A stretch of DNA of 64,000 nt from an uncultured Candidatus Saccharibacteria bacterium (lineage in GTDB: Bacteria; Patescibacteriota; Doudnabacteria; UBA920): the NCBI GenBank assembly GCA_964416765.1, contig CAYQEU010000001.1:340480-404479 (forward strand), written 5' to 3'. A program made the translations under genes and the position numbers. Positions 1 through 9,959 of this stretch are shown here, piece after piece. Below the pieces are notes generated by a model, which was given only the letters and a program-made list of their open reading frames with translations, did not search any database and was not told the DNA's origin. Each line of letters opens with the position of its first letter. The stretch's first letter is position 1.

Positions 1-153
1 TTGTCCAACATCAAAGCCCCGAGAATTGATTGCTCGGCTTCCAGGTTCTGCGGTGGCATGCGGTCGACAGAGGATTTTGTTAACGATTGCATTGGTTTCT
101 GTTCGTTTTGGGCTATTACGCGGCTATTAAGTGGTCATTTAATCTTAGCATAA
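1..153 (+). CDS. Possible 3' end of a gene entering from upstream (50 codons open in frame 1, stop TAA at 151-153); Cys-rich tail
   Basis: Only reading frame open from position 1; no other support, could be chance. Confidence 0.15.
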   Translation: MSNIKAPRIDCSASRFCGGMRSTEDFVNDCIGFCSFWAITRLLSGHLILA

Positions 154-235
154 ATTAACTTAGCCAATAACCCTCTAGGCGGTGCAAAAGGTGGGGATTT
201 TAGGTTGAAAACTTGGCTTGTTTAAGCTCAGAGTA

Positions 236-264
236 TTGACAAAAATGCCAATTTGCGGTATAAT
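236..264 (+). promoter_or_regulatory. Sigma-70 type promoter TTGACA(236-241)-17 bp-TATAAT(259-264)
   Basis: Perfect consensus hexamers with 17-bp spacer read directly in the sequence; about 120 nt upstream of the ATG at 385. Confidence 0.7.
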
Positions 265-384
265 TGGCGACATAAACGTAAAAATTGGTTTTTGAACCTT
301 CTTTTGGGTTTATAAAGTTTCGAAACTTTTGGCGTACCGCAAGGTACATAGGAATAAGGACAACGATAGTTGGAGGACTATTTA

Positions 385-780
385 ATGAAAAAGAGAAAGC
401 CCGTGACCCTGGCTGAATGGGTCAGACGTTACGCGGATTCCCAGAATCCGCAAATGCTGACGGAAATTGAGCGTCAGCTTCGCGGGGCATACCCGAATTT
501 GCCCCGTCTGTCGAAAGATGACCGGCAGATGTTCATCGCCGCCGGCTTTAACCACGAACTGCTCGTGGAAGCCGAAAAGCTAAAGACCGAAAAGCGTCCG
601 GTATTACACCCGACGTTTTTGAAGTCTTTCCCGCTGACGTGGCTTTGGGTGAACCCCAAAGACATCGAAGTGGTGAAGATGAACATTCCCACCCACATCG
701 TCATCCTCGGACTTAACTGCAACCAGCTTGCTAAGGACGTTCCACTCGAACAACGTCCGTCGTCTCGGATGATGTATTAG
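385..780 (+). CDS. Hypothetical protein (131 aa from the ATG at 385; the ORF track starts at a TTG at 370)
   Basis: GGAGGA RBS at 373-378, 6 nt before ATG 385; consensus promoter upstream and hairpin terminator downstream; no recognisable domain. Confidence 0.6.
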   Translation: MKKRKPVTLAEWVRRYADSQNPQMLTEIERQLRGAYPNLPRLSKDDRQMFIAAGFNHELLVEAEKLKTEKRPVLHPTFLKSFPLTWLWVNPKDIEVVKMNIPTHIVILGLNCNQLAKDVPLEQRPSSRMMY

Positions 781-808
781 CAAATTTCTCTCCCACAACC
801 GCCGAAAA

Positions 809-845
809 GGGCCCGCTGACGCAAGTCTGCCGGGTCCTTTTTTCA
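809..845. terminator. Rho-independent terminator hairpin between convergent genes (GGGCCCG..GAC-GCAA-GTC..CGGGTCC then TTTTTT)
   Basis: Long imperfect stem with GNRA-like loop followed by T6 on the + strand; lies between the hypothetical gene (+) and cysS (-). Confidence 0.6.
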
Positions 846-868
846 TGTTATGCAGTTGCCCTATTTGC

Positions 869-2248
869 CTATTTCTTTTTGGCGACTTGACCCTCTGATG
901 TGTCTCGAACCTCGTAGCCCTGTTCTTCAATTTGCTGACGGAGGCTGTCTGATAAAGCAAAATCTTTGGTCTTTTTTGCTTCCTCGCGGCGGTCTAGCAA
1001 TTCCTGGATGTTCTGTGGGATATCAATGGCTTCGCTTTTTTCCAGGCTAAGTCCGAATACTCGATCGAAATCTTTTAGCGTTGTAATTTTATCTTCTAAC
1101 TCTATTTGTTGGTCTTTCATCAGTTCCCAAGCTAAAGCCACCGCTTTCGGAGCGTTCAAGTCGTCATTAATGAATTCGGTAAACTTTTCTTTGTAAGCTG
1201 GGACAATGTTGCCGCTCCTAGCATTTTGGGATACAAAGTCATTTAATTTAAGGCGTGCCTGGCGGGCGGCCTGCAGGCTTTCCCAGGTAAAGTTAAGCTG
1301 GGTGCGCCAGTTGGCGGTAAGGCACAAATAACGGAAATCCAATGGAGAGAACCCTTTTTCAATTAAAGTATCTAAGGTGTATGCGTTCCCTTCGCTTTTG
1401 CCCATGCGACCTTCGTCTATGAGCAGGAACTCACCATGCATCCAGCGGTTGGCTAGTGGCAGTTCGTAAGCCGCTTCGCTTTGGGCAATTTCGTTGGTGT
1501 GGTGGGTGCCAATGTGGTCCACTCCGCCGGTATGGATATCAAACGGCTGGCCGAGGATCTTTCGTGATATTGCGGAACATTCAATGTGCCAGCCAGGAAA
1601 ACCATCACCCCAGGGTGATGGCCAGCGCAGGACATGGTCTTTGTATCGCCCGGCCAGGAAAAACCAAAGCGCGAAGTCGGCGGGGTTCTTCTTTCCGGTG
1701 TCTACCACCACCTCGTCGCGGGCGCCCGTCTTCTTGTCTTCCAGTTTTTGCCCCGAAAGTTTTCCGTAATCGGAGAGTTTGCTGGTATCAAAGTAAATGG
1801 CGAATTCGTCGCGGTAAGTGAAGCCCTTTTCTTCCAGGAGCTTTATAATCTCAATTTGCTCAGGTACGGTTTCGGTGGCGCGCAACACCCGGTGCGCCCG
1901 CTCAATATTGAGCTGGTCGGTGTCCTCAAAAAACTTTTGTTCATAAAATTGGGCGACTTCCAAGGGATGTTTGCCTTCGCGGGCCGCGCCTACCTCCATT
2001 TTGTCCTCGCCTTCGTCACCGTCGCCAACCAAATGGCCCACGTCGGTAATGTTCATGCCGTGGACTACTTCAAAGCCGTCATATTCCAAAACGCGGCGAA
2101 GCAAGTCGCTAAAAATGTAGGTTCGCAAATTTCCGATATGGGCAAAGTGGTATACCGTGGGTCCGCAGGTGTAAATCCTTACTTTGTTCCGGTGGATGGT
2201 GAGGAGTTCAGAAACCGAGCGGGTAAGGGTGTCGTAGAGTTTAGGCAT
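869..2248 (-). CDS. cysS: Cysteinyl-tRNA synthetase
   Basis: Class I aaRS with HIGH motif (HFAHIGN) and KMSKS variant (KMGKSEGN); N-terminus MPKLYDTLTRS.. typical of CysRS. Confidence 0.93.
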   Translation of the reverse strand: MPKLYDTLTRSVSELLTIHRNKVRIYTCGPTVYHFAHIGNLRTYIFSDLLRRVLEYDGFEVVHGMNITDVGHLVGDGDEGEDKMEVGAAREGKHPLEVAQFYEQKFFEDTDQLNIERAHRVLRATETVPEQIEIIKLLEEKGFTYRDEFAIYFDTSKLSDYGKLSGQKLEDKKTGARDEVVVDTGKKNPADFALWFFLAGRYKDHVLRWPSPWGDGFPGWHIECSAISRKILGQPFDIHTGGVDHIGTHHTNEIAQSEAAYELPLANRWMHGEFLLIDEGRMGKSEGNAYTLDTLIEKGFSPLDFRYLCLTANWRTQLNFTWESLQAARQARLKLNDFVSQNARSGNIVPAYKEKFTEFINDDLNAPKAVALAWELMKDQQIELEDKITTLKDFDRVFGLSLEKSEAIDIPQNIQELLDRREEAKKTKDFALSDSLRQQIEEQGYEVRDTSEGQVAKKK

Positions 2249-2280
2249 GCGGAAATTATACCATTATATATTCCGAACCG

Positions 2281-3975
2281 CTAAGTGTTGCCGCGCAGGG
2301 TTTTGATGTGCTTTTCCTTCAGTTTGCGCAGGTGCTGGCCGATTTTCTCGTGCTTTAGGATATGGGCAATGTGCTGGCCGCCAACAAAGTGGGGCAGCAG
2401 GGCATAATCAATTTTTTTGTTATATAGCTCAATCGCGTCGTCTTCATCCAACGCCGTCATAATAATTTTTGCTTTGACGTTTTCTTTTTTGAGGGCTTCG
2501 AGCAGGGTAGCGTTGTCGTGCGCGTCGGGAACGGTTGAGATTATTAACCGGGCCTTGTGCATGCCGGCGAGTTGCTGAATATGGCTGTCTGTTATGTCAC
2601 CACAAATCGCGTTTAGTCCTTGGCGGCGGTACCGCTCAACAACCTCGGGGTCATGATCCACTATCATGAAGGGGAGCTTTAGCTTTTCCGCAGCCTCAAC
2701 CACATGGTGTCCCAGGCGGTGGGCACCGGCAATTATGATATGGTTCTTTAAGTTTAACTCGGTAATTCCCTTTTCCGCTTCACCTCCGCGCCAGTCGAAC
2801 CAGGACAACAGCCCCTTAAGGTGGTTATACAAGAATTCTGATTCAACTATGAAGTAAGAAGAAATTGCCATGGTAATAATGGCGGTCAAAGTGAGGAGGC
2901 TAGCCGTGTCTTGGTCAATGATTCCGGCTTTGAGGCCGAGCGCCATGAGAATCAAGCTAAACTCCGAAACCTGGCTCGTGGTAAGCGAAGTGAAAAAAGA
3001 CGTTCGGGGCTTGAACCCCAGACCACTCATCACCAACAATGAGACCAGGGGTTTTGCTATTAGAACGAAAGCGGTCAAAATGAGCGCGGGGATTATCACG
3101 GCGCCAGGATTACTGAATACAAGGGAAGAGCCCAGGGTGATAAAGAAGATGATAATGAAAAAGTCGCGGAGCGATTTTATCTTCGAACTAATTTCATAAT
3201 GGACCGCGCTGCTGGCCAGGGCCAGCCCGGCGAGGAACCCTCCGATTTCCACGTTGAATCCGATAAAGGGGAGGGACACTAGCGCGGCCAGGCCAAAAGC
3301 CCAAGCAAGCGAAAGGACCATCAATAATTCCTCCGATTTCCCTACCACCCGAAGGACAGCTGGAATGATGTACTTGCTGTGCCAGTGGATGAGCCACACC
3401 AGTACGCCTGCCTTGGCGATTGTGATCAGGATGTTTTGCCAGGGCGGCAAGCCCCCAAGGACCGGGGAAGTGCTTCCGGAAAAAAATATCAACAAAATGA
3501 TGGCGGCGAAATCCTGGAGCAGCAGCATGCTGACGGCAATCTTGCCGTAAAGGCTGTGCAGGTCTCTCTTTTCATTGAGTAGTTTGACTACGATGACCGT
3601 GGAGGAAAAGGTAAGAGCCGCGGCAATCAGACCGGCCGCGGGATTACCCAAACCAAGAATTTTAAGGAAGATAAAAGATAATGTGGCCGTGCCGATAACT
3701 TGTCCGAACGCGGCGAACATGGCGCTCTTGCCAATCTTTTTTAAGTTGGAAATATCGAGTTCGAGCCCGACCAAAAACAAAAGCAGGGTGATGCCGATTT
3801 CGGACAATCCTTGGAGGAGTTCATTGTGTTGGATGGTGTAATACCCAATGGGGCCAATTATCAACCCGGTAATAAGGTAGGCGATAATGGCTGGCTGGCG
3901 CAGGAAACTCATGAGAGTTGCCAGAACCCCGGCCGCGATAAACACCACGGTAAGTTCTATAAAAATATTACTCAA
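2281..3975 (-). CDS. CPA2-family monovalent cation:proton antiporter (KefB/KefC-like) with C-terminal RCK/TrkA-N domain
   Basis: About 12 TM segments followed by a Rossmann-like IIAGAHRLG..VVE..IVDHDPE segment characteristic of TrkA-N. Confidence 0.85.
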   Translation of the reverse strand: MSNIFIELTVVFIAAGVLATLMSFLRQPAIIAYLITGLIIGPIGYYTIQHNELLQGLSEIGITLLLFLVGLELDISNLKKIGKSAMFAAFGQVIGTATLSFIFLKILGLGNPAAGLIAAALTFSSTVIVVKLLNEKRDLHSLYGKIAVSMLLLQDFAAIILLIFFSGSTSPVLGGLPPWQNILITIAKAGVLVWLIHWHSKYIIPAVLRVVGKSEELLMVLSLAWAFGLAALVSLPFIGFNVEIGGFLAGLALASSAVHYEISSKIKSLRDFFIIIFFITLGSSLVFSNPGAVIIPALILTAFVLIAKPLVSLLVMSGLGFKPRTSFFTSLTTSQVSEFSLILMALGLKAGIIDQDTASLLTLTAIITMAISSYFIVESEFLYNHLKGLLSWFDWRGGEAEKGITELNLKNHIIIAGAHRLGHHVVEAAEKLKLPFMIVDHDPEVVERYRRQGLNAICGDITDSHIQQLAGMHKARLIISTVPDAHDNATLLEALKKENVKAKIIMTALDEDDAIELYNKKIDYALLPHFVGGQHIAHILKHEKIGQHLRKLKEKHIKTLRGNT

Positions 3976-4104
3976 TTTTGTCTTTGACTACTTTTGTTTC
4001 AGTTCTTTTGTCTCGCAAACTGTTACCCATATTGTACCAGAAAAACAGGCAAAATTGAACTTCATGCCCTTTTCTAAAGGGCTAAAAATCTGTACAATAC
4101 CTCT

Positions 4105-4689
4105 ATGAACTTAGACGCAATTTTTTTAATCGGCCCGCAAGGTTCGGGCAAGGGAACCCAGGGTAAACTCCTAGCCGAAAAGCATGGGATGTTTTATTGG
4201 GAGATGGGAAAGATTTTCCGCGATATCACCCAGGAAGACACCCCACTCGGACGGGAGCTGAAGGATTTGGTCAACCGGGGCGTACTGCTAAGCGACGAAA
4301 TCATTATGCAAGTGTTTAAAGACCGCTTTGCCAGCATTCCCAAAGACCAAGCTGTAATTTTTGATGGGGTACCACGACGGGTGGGGCAGGCTCAATTTGT
4401 ACTGGACGCGCTGCTGGAAAACGGGCGCACCAAATTTGTCACTCTCTTTGTGGATTTGCCCCGTGAAGAATCTCTCAACCGGCTCCTGCTCCGCGCGGAA
4501 AAGGAAGGGCGCAAAGACGACACCCGGGACGCGATTGAATACCGTCTACAACAGTATGAACAAGATACTCTCCCAGTTTTGGATTTCCTGAAATTGCACA
4601 GCGACTTCATCGAAATAGACGGTCGACCCCCGATTGAGGAGGTAACGGACGAGGTAGATCAAGCGTTAAAAAAGTATGTCCAATCATAA
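4105..4689 (+). CDS. adk: Adenylate kinase
   Basis: P-loop GPQGSGKGTQ at the N-terminus, NMP-binding and LID-like segments; ends 14 nt into the next gene. Confidence 0.85.
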   Translation: MNLDAIFLIGPQGSGKGTQGKLLAEKHGMFYWEMGKIFRDITQEDTPLGRELKDLVNRGVLLSDEIIMQVFKDRFASIPKDQAVIFDGVPRRVGQAQFVLDALLENGRTKFVTLFVDLPREESLNRLLLRAEKEGRKDDTRDAIEYRLQQYEQDTLPVLDFLKLHSDFIEIDGRPPIEEVTDEVDQALKKYVQS

Positions 4690-5314
4690 AAAGACTCCTC
4701 CATTTACCGTAGTATTGTTGGGAGATCCTGCGGCCGGTAAGGCCACCCAGGCGGAGTATCTTTCGGAGCAGTATAACCTGTACGATTTCGATATGGGTAA
4801 AGAGCTCGCGAAATTGCGCCGTCGCGATAAAGAGATAAACCACAATCTCAAAGCCAACAATGATAAAGGTAAAATGACCCCTACAAAGATCGCGCGGGGT
4901 ATCCTGAAAGAAACTATCGAAAAGGTACCGATGAGCAAGGGGATTCTATTTGATGGCCACCCGAAGATGCTGGGTGAAGCAAAAATGGCCAGCCGTCTCC
5001 TCAAGGCACATAAGCGCTTGCCGCCAGTGGTTATCTATATCTCCATACCAATTGAGGAAACAGTCAAGCGCATGGCTGATCGCGTAGGATATTTCGCGGG
5101 AAAGTATGGCAAGCGTGCTGATGATAATAACCAAGCCCTCAAGAACCGGGTTAAATATTACCGCACCAACATTGCCGACGTGGTTAACTTTTTTTCTTCA
5201 GTGTATGAATTCCATAAGATCAGCGGAATGGGCAGCAGGCTGCAGGTTAGGCAGGAGATCAACCGAATCATAAAAAACTATTTAAAAAAAATTGAGAATG
5301 GGGAAGTACGTTAA
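4676..5314 (+). CDS. Adenylate kinase family paralog (nucleoside monophosphate kinase)
   Basis: GDPAAGKATQ P-loop and FDGHPK motif; second tandem member of the Adk family immediately upstream of map. Confidence 0.7.
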   Translation: MSNHKKTPPFTVVLLGDPAAGKATQAEYLSEQYNLYDFDMGKELAKLRRRDKEINHNLKANNDKGKMTPTKIARGILKETIEKVPMSKGILFDGHPKMLGEAKMASRLLKAHKRLPPVVIYISIPIEETVKRMADRVGYFAGKYGKRADDNNQALKNRVKYYRTNIADVVNFFSSVYEFHKISGMGSRLQVRQEINRIIKNYLKKIENGEVR

Positions 5315-6056
5315 ATCCGAAGAAGAGATTCGGTTAATCGCCGAAGGCGGCAAGATAATGCAGCGAATCCTGGGCGACCTTGCCCGCATGGCAAAGCCGG
5401 GAGTAAGTACGGCCGAATTAAATCAATACGCTGAAGCGGAAATCATTAAAGCCGGGGGCCGCCCCAGTTTTATTAATTATGGGCCGAAAAACAACGCATT
5501 TCCCGCGGGGCTCTGCACGTCCCTTAACGACATTGTGGTGCATGGTATCCCCTCTCCTGAGGAAATTTTGAAAGAGGGCGATATCCTAGGGTTGGATATA
5601 GGGATGGAATATAAGAAACTTTATACTGACACGGCCATAACAGTTCCGGTAGGCAAAGTCTCCCCCGTCGCGGCAAAATTAATTTCGGTGACAAAAAAGT
5701 GTTTGGATGAGGCTTTGAAAGTTGCCGTCGTTGGAAACAAAATCGGCGACATTGGCGCGACCGTGCAGAAGGTTGCCGAGGCGGAAGGCTTCTCTGTCGT
5801 GCGCGATTTGGTGGGCCACGGGGTCGGTTATGACGTGCACGAAGACCCCATGGTACCGAACTACGGGAAAGCGGGGACAGGACTTACTTTGGAAGAAGGC
5901 ATGGTTCTCGCCATTGAACCAATGATTTGTGAAAAAGATTACCACGTGTTCGTGGATGAAGACGGCTGGACCATTCGTACCGAAGACGGCGGTTTAGCCG
6001 CGCACTTTGAACATACTGTCGCCGTCCGTCCGGACAAAGCGGAATTACTCACCTGA
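5298..6056 (+). CDS. map: Methionine aminopeptidase type I
   Basis: VVHGIP, GLDIGMEY, VGHGVG.DVHE, LAIEPMI, FEHTVAV metal-ligand blocks; ATG 5298 chosen over the TTG at 5292. Confidence 0.9.
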   Translation: MGKYVKSEEEIRLIAEGGKIMQRILGDLARMAKPGVSTAELNQYAEAEIIKAGGRPSFINYGPKNNAFPAGLCTSLNDIVVHGIPSPEEILKEGDILGLDIGMEYKKLYTDTAITVPVGKVSPVAAKLISVTKKCLDEALKVAVVGNKIGDIGATVQKVAEAEGFSVVRDLVGHGVGYDVHEDPMVPNYGKAGTGLTLEEGMVLAIEPMICEKDYHVFVDEDGWTIRTEDGGLAAHFEHTVAVRPDKAELLT

Positions 6057-6058
6057 TC

Positions 6059-7216
6059 ATGGAACCACTCGCCTCTCGAATCAGACCGAAAACACTGGAG
6101 GGATTCGTGGGCCAGACTCATTTGGTTGGGCCGGGCAAGCCACTTCGAATTGCCATAGAGAAAAAACAGATTTTCTCGTTTTTGCTTTGGGGTCCACCAG
6201 GGGTAGGCAAGACAACCCTAGCCAGAATTTATGCTAATGCCCTTGGCGCTGAATTTCATGAACTGTCCGCGGTGTCCGCGGGAAAAGAAGACATCAGGAA
6301 AATTGTTAGCGGGCACCAGCAAACCCTGCGACCGGTAGTCTTATTTTTGGATGAAATTCACCGCTTTAACAAAGCCCAGCAAGATTATCTGTTGCCTTTT
6401 GTGGAAAGCGGCCGGCTAATTTTGGTTGGCGCGACCACCGAAAACCCCAGCTTTGAAGTCATTCCCGCCTTGCTGTCGCGCCTGCGCGTATTTGTGCTGG
6501 AAGAGCTGAAGCCAAAAGAAATGGAGAAGATTGTTAAGCAGTCAGGATTTAAGCTAGACAAGAAAGCTTGCGAATGGCTCATCGAAATGGCAAACGGAGA
6601 CGCCCGCCAGGCCATTACCATGATTGAAAATACCGCTAACTTATATGACGGCAAAATCACCGTCGAAACCCTGACCGATACGCTGCAGTCGAAGTTCCTC
6701 AGGTACGACAAGAAAGGGGAAGAGCACTACAATACTATCAGCGCTTACATTAAAAGCATGCGCGCGAGCCAGCCTGACGCGGCGTTGTACTACCTGGGGC
6801 GCTTAATTGAATCAGGAGAAGATCCAAAATTCATCGCGCGGCGCATGGTTATTTTTGCCTCCGAGGATATTGGCATGGCGCAGCCCACCGCGCTAGTGGT
6901 TGCCAATGAAGTATTTAAAGCAGTGGAAACAATTGGGTTGCCGGAGTGCGCCATCAATCTCGCCCATGGAACCGTTTATATGTGTTCCTGCCCCAAGGAC
7001 AAGAGCGCTTACGAGGCGTACTACGCTGCTCTGGAAGATGTTCAAAAACATGGGAACTTGCCTATCCCCATGCGCGTCAGAAATGCCCCCACCAAGTTGA
7101 TGAAAGAATTGGGTTATGGCAGGGGCTATGAGAGGTATCCCAAGGAAGATTTGCTTCCCGAAAAAATTAGGGGAACAAAGTATTACAAACCCAAGAAAAA
7201 ACCCGCGAAAGATTAG
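6059..7216 (+). CDS. rarA: Replication-associated recombination protein A (AAA+ ATPase RarA/MgsA)
   Basis: LWGPPGVGKTTLA Walker A, GATTENPSFE, NGDARQA, SGEDP, NAPTKLMKELGYG blocks align along the whole length with RarA. Confidence 0.9.
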   Translation: MEPLASRIRPKTLEGFVGQTHLVGPGKPLRIAIEKKQIFSFLLWGPPGVGKTTLARIYANALGAEFHELSAVSAGKEDIRKIVSGHQQTLRPVVLFLDEIHRFNKAQQDYLLPFVESGRLILVGATTENPSFEVIPALLSRLRVFVLEELKPKEMEKIVKQSGFKLDKKACEWLIEMANGDARQAITMIENTANLYDGKITVETLTDTLQSKFLRYDKKGEEHYNTISAYIKSMRASQPDAALYYLGRLIESGEDPKFIARRMVIFASEDIGMAQPTALVVANEVFKAVETIGLPECAINLAHGTVYMCSCPKDKSAYEAYYAALEDVQKHGNLPIPMRVRNAPTKLMKELGYGRGYERYPKEDLLPEKIRGTKYYKPKKKPAKD

Positions 7217-7268
7217 CCATTTTTATAATAACTGTTATAATTAAAGCAAATAATTATTATCCACTCAT

Positions 7269-8102
7269 ATGGAAAATTCACAAACCTATTCAGGCGGCGC
7301 TCCGATTGCAGAAAGACCCCGGATGAAAAAAGCTACCCAGCTTGTTAAGGAAAGTTGGGCAATCTACAAGGGGGACTTTAAGAATTTTGCCTACTTGGCG
7401 TTGCTCATCGGTTTATTCAGTTTTCTTACCTCGCTATTTTCAGTTTTTAACCCGGAAGGCAAGCAGGACGTAAACCCTGCCTGGTGGATCTATATTGTTG
7501 TCGTCGTCCTTGCGTATATTGTGATTTCTATTTGGGGAGGGGTAGCCCTGGTTTACAAGGCAGTTCACAACCCTGAGAAATTAACCGTGGGACAGGCCTT
7601 TAACCACTCCAAATCTAAAGTAGCTCCAGTGTTTTGGACTGGCATCCTGTCCGGCCTTATCATCCTCGGCGGTTTTATCCTGTTGATAATCCCGGGTATA
7701 ATTTTTGCGATCTGGTATTCGCTTGCGGAAAATGTTGTCATAGCCGAAGGGCTCAAGGGATGGGCCGCGCTAAAGCGAAGCAAATTTTACGTGAAAGGAT
7801 ATGCCGGAAGTATTGTGGCCCGCGGCCTCGTGGCCGGTCTGATGGTAGGTTTGCCTATCTGGATTATTGAAGTAATTATTAGTGCTTTAATTCCAGCCGT
7901 AATTCCAGGCAGTGCCGGTCTTATTATTACCCTGTTTTTGACCATAACCCTGAGCTCCCTGGCCGCCCCGATGGGGATCCTGGTTTCTTACCTGATCTAT
8001 GACAACATGGTGCAGATAAAGTCTCCCGGAGCAACCGGCGAAGCTCCTCAGCAATCTTACGTTCAGCATCAACCTCCAGTCGTCCCCAACCCAATTTCGT
8101 AG
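7269..8102 (+). CDS. Hypothetical polytopic membrane protein
   Basis: Multiple hydrophobic TM segments; no catalytic motif recognised; true start may be the internal Met (MKKATQL). Confidence 0.5.
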   Translation: MENSQTYSGGAPIAERPRMKKATQLVKESWAIYKGDFKNFAYLALLIGLFSFLTSLFSVFNPEGKQDVNPAWWIYIVVVVLAYIVISIWGGVALVYKAVHNPEKLTVGQAFNHSKSKVAPVFWTGILSGLIILGGFILLIIPGIIFAIWYSLAENVVIAEGLKGWAALKRSKFYVKGYAGSIVARGLVAGLMVGLPIWIIEVIISALIPAVIPGSAGLIITLFLTITLSSLAAPMGILVSYLIYDNMVQIKSPGATGEAPQQSYVQHQPPVVPNPIS

Positions 8103-8107
8103 CTTTT

Positions 8108-8135
8108 AAAACAGCGCCCGGCGAGGCGCTGTTTT
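8108..8135. terminator. Bidirectional rho-independent terminator (AACAGCGCC-CGGCGA-GGCGCTGTT then T-run)
   Basis: Perfect 9-bp stem followed by TTTTTTAT; located between the convergent membrane-protein gene and thrS. Confidence 0.75.
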
Positions 8136-9950
8136 TTATTGCTTGTTTTGAATTTCTTCCGCTAGTCGTTTAGCGAAATCTTCGACAGATATTGCTCCCA
8201 AATCCAGGTCATTCCTTCCCCGTACGGCAACGGCGGAAGCTTCCATCTCCTTGTCGCCAATAACCGCCTGGTAAGGCACTTTTTCGGTCGCTGCATCACG
8301 AATCTTTTTGCCCACGCTTTCGGCTCGGTCATCAATTTCAATTCTTAATGCAGGATTCAGTTCCTGCAGCTTTTTCTTAACGCTTACCGCGTATTCTATG
8401 TGCCGATCGGCAATGGGCAGCAGCTTTACCTGGACAGGAGAGAGCCATAAAGGGAACGCGCCAGCGTAATGCTCTATTAAGATGCCGATGAAGCGCTCGA
8501 GTGAACCGTAAATTACCCGGTGGACCACGACCGGGGTTTTGCGGCTACCGTCAGCGGTGGAGTATTCCAGTTCAAACCGGCGTGGTTGCTGGAAATCCAG
8601 CTGAATTGTTCCCATTTGCCATTCACGGCCGAGCACGTCGTTCATCAAAATATCTATCTTTGGGCCGTAAAAAGCGCCGTCGCCTTCTTCGATATAATAT
8701 TCACGGCCGCTTTTTTCGAGTATTTCTTTTAGGGAACTTTCCGCCCTGTCCCACGTTTCGACGTCACCCAGGAATTTTTCCGGACGGGTGCCCAAACGGA
8801 ATTTGTAACTAAGGTTGAATATTCCGTAGAAACGCTCGGTGATTTCGAAGATGCGCGCGAATTCTTCGCCGATCTGCTCTTCGGTAATGAAGTTATGGGA
8901 GTCATCCTGGCGGAACGAGCGGACCCGGAACAAGCCATTTAAAGCCCCCGCCAACTCATAACGGTGAAGGGTGTCGGTATCGGAAAGCCTCAAAGGCAGG
9001 TCACGGTAACTGCGGCTTTTGGAGCCGAACACCAGCATTGCGTTCGGACAGTTCATTGCCTTGATGCCGTATACTTCATGCTCGCCTTTATCCACGACAA
9101 ACATATTTTCCTGGTAATGGTCCCAGTGACCTGACGTTTCCCATAATTCTTTTTTGTTAACTAGGGGAGCTGATATTTCATGATAATCCCGCTGACGGTG
9201 TTCGGTGCGCCAGAAGTCGATAAGCTCATTCATGATGATCATCCCTTTTGGCAGCCAGTAAGGCATGCCCGGGGCGGTAGGGTGGAACATGAACAGGTCG
9301 AGCGCCGGACCAAGTTTTTTATGGTCCCGTTTTTCCGCTTCGGTCAGGAGCTCCAAATATTTATCCAATTCTTCTTTGGTTTCAAAAGCCAGACCGTAAA
9401 CGCGCTGCAATTGCGGGTTGGCCTGGTCGCCCCTCCAGTACGCGCCGGAAATTTTATCCAGCTTAAAGGCGTCGATGGAAATTTCACTGGTGTTTTCGAC
9501 GTGGCCGCCACGGCAAAGGTCGATGAACTCACCGGTCTTGTAGAGACTGACGGCAGTGTCTCCCGCGCTCGCTTCGCTACCGCTGTTGACGGCGCCGTCG
9601 GTGTTTAAAATTTCGTCAGCCTTCGTGGTGCCAAACTTTTCTATGTCAGAAATCAACTCAACCTTAAACGGTTGTTTGCGTGCTTCGAAAAACTTTTTTG
9701 CCTCTCCGGAGCTCATCTCCTGACGTTCGAAATCCAATTTGCTCTTGGCTAATGCTTTCATCCGTTTTTCTAGCTTGGGCAAGTCCTCCGGAGTCAAAGC
9801 TCGGGGTAAGAGGAAATCGTAGTAAAACCCATTTTCAATAACAGGGCCCACGCCCAGCTGGGCATCGGGGAACTGTTCCAGAACAGCGCTGGCCAGCAGG
9901 TGGGCGAGCGAGTGCCTGATACCATGAAGATTTTCGCTTATGTTAGACAT
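8136..9950 (-). CDS. thrS: Threonyl-tRNA synthetase
   Basis: Class II aaRS with editing-domain HSLAHLLA motif near the N-terminus, catalytic core and C-terminal anticodon-binding domain. Confidence 0.92.
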   Translation of the reverse strand: MSNISENLHGIRHSLAHLLASAVLEQFPDAQLGVGPVIENGFYYDFLLPRALTPEDLPKLEKRMKALAKSKLDFERQEMSSGEAKKFFEARKQPFKVELISDIEKFGTTKADEILNTDGAVNSGSEASAGDTAVSLYKTGEFIDLCRGGHVENTSEISIDAFKLDKISGAYWRGDQANPQLQRVYGLAFETKEELDKYLELLTEAEKRDHKKLGPALDLFMFHPTAPGMPYWLPKGMIIMNELIDFWRTEHRQRDYHEISAPLVNKKELWETSGHWDHYQENMFVVDKGEHEVYGIKAMNCPNAMLVFGSKSRSYRDLPLRLSDTDTLHRYELAGALNGLFRVRSFRQDDSHNFITEEQIGEEFARIFEITERFYGIFNLSYKFRLGTRPEKFLGDVETWDRAESSLKEILEKSGREYYIEEGDGAFYGPKIDILMNDVLGREWQMGTIQLDFQQPRRFELEYSTADGSRKTPVVVHRVIYGSLERFIGILIEHYAGAFPLWLSPVQVKLLPIADRHIEYAVSVKKKLQELNPALRIEIDDRAESVGKKIRDAATEKVPYQAVIGDKEMEASAVAVRGRNDLDLGAISVEDFAKRLAEEIQNKQ

Positions 9951-9959
9951 ATTTTAAGT

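Noticed and set aside
1634-2284. 216-aa ORF on the + strand, plus other + strand ORFs 966-1196 and 1456-1821
   Set aside because: Entirely antisense to cysS, which has unmistakable class I aaRS motifs; no independent signals
9180-9608. 142-aa + strand ORF and neighbours 8501-8938 inside thrS
   Set aside because: Antisense to a well-supported thrS reading frame; Arg/Pro-rich junk-like translation
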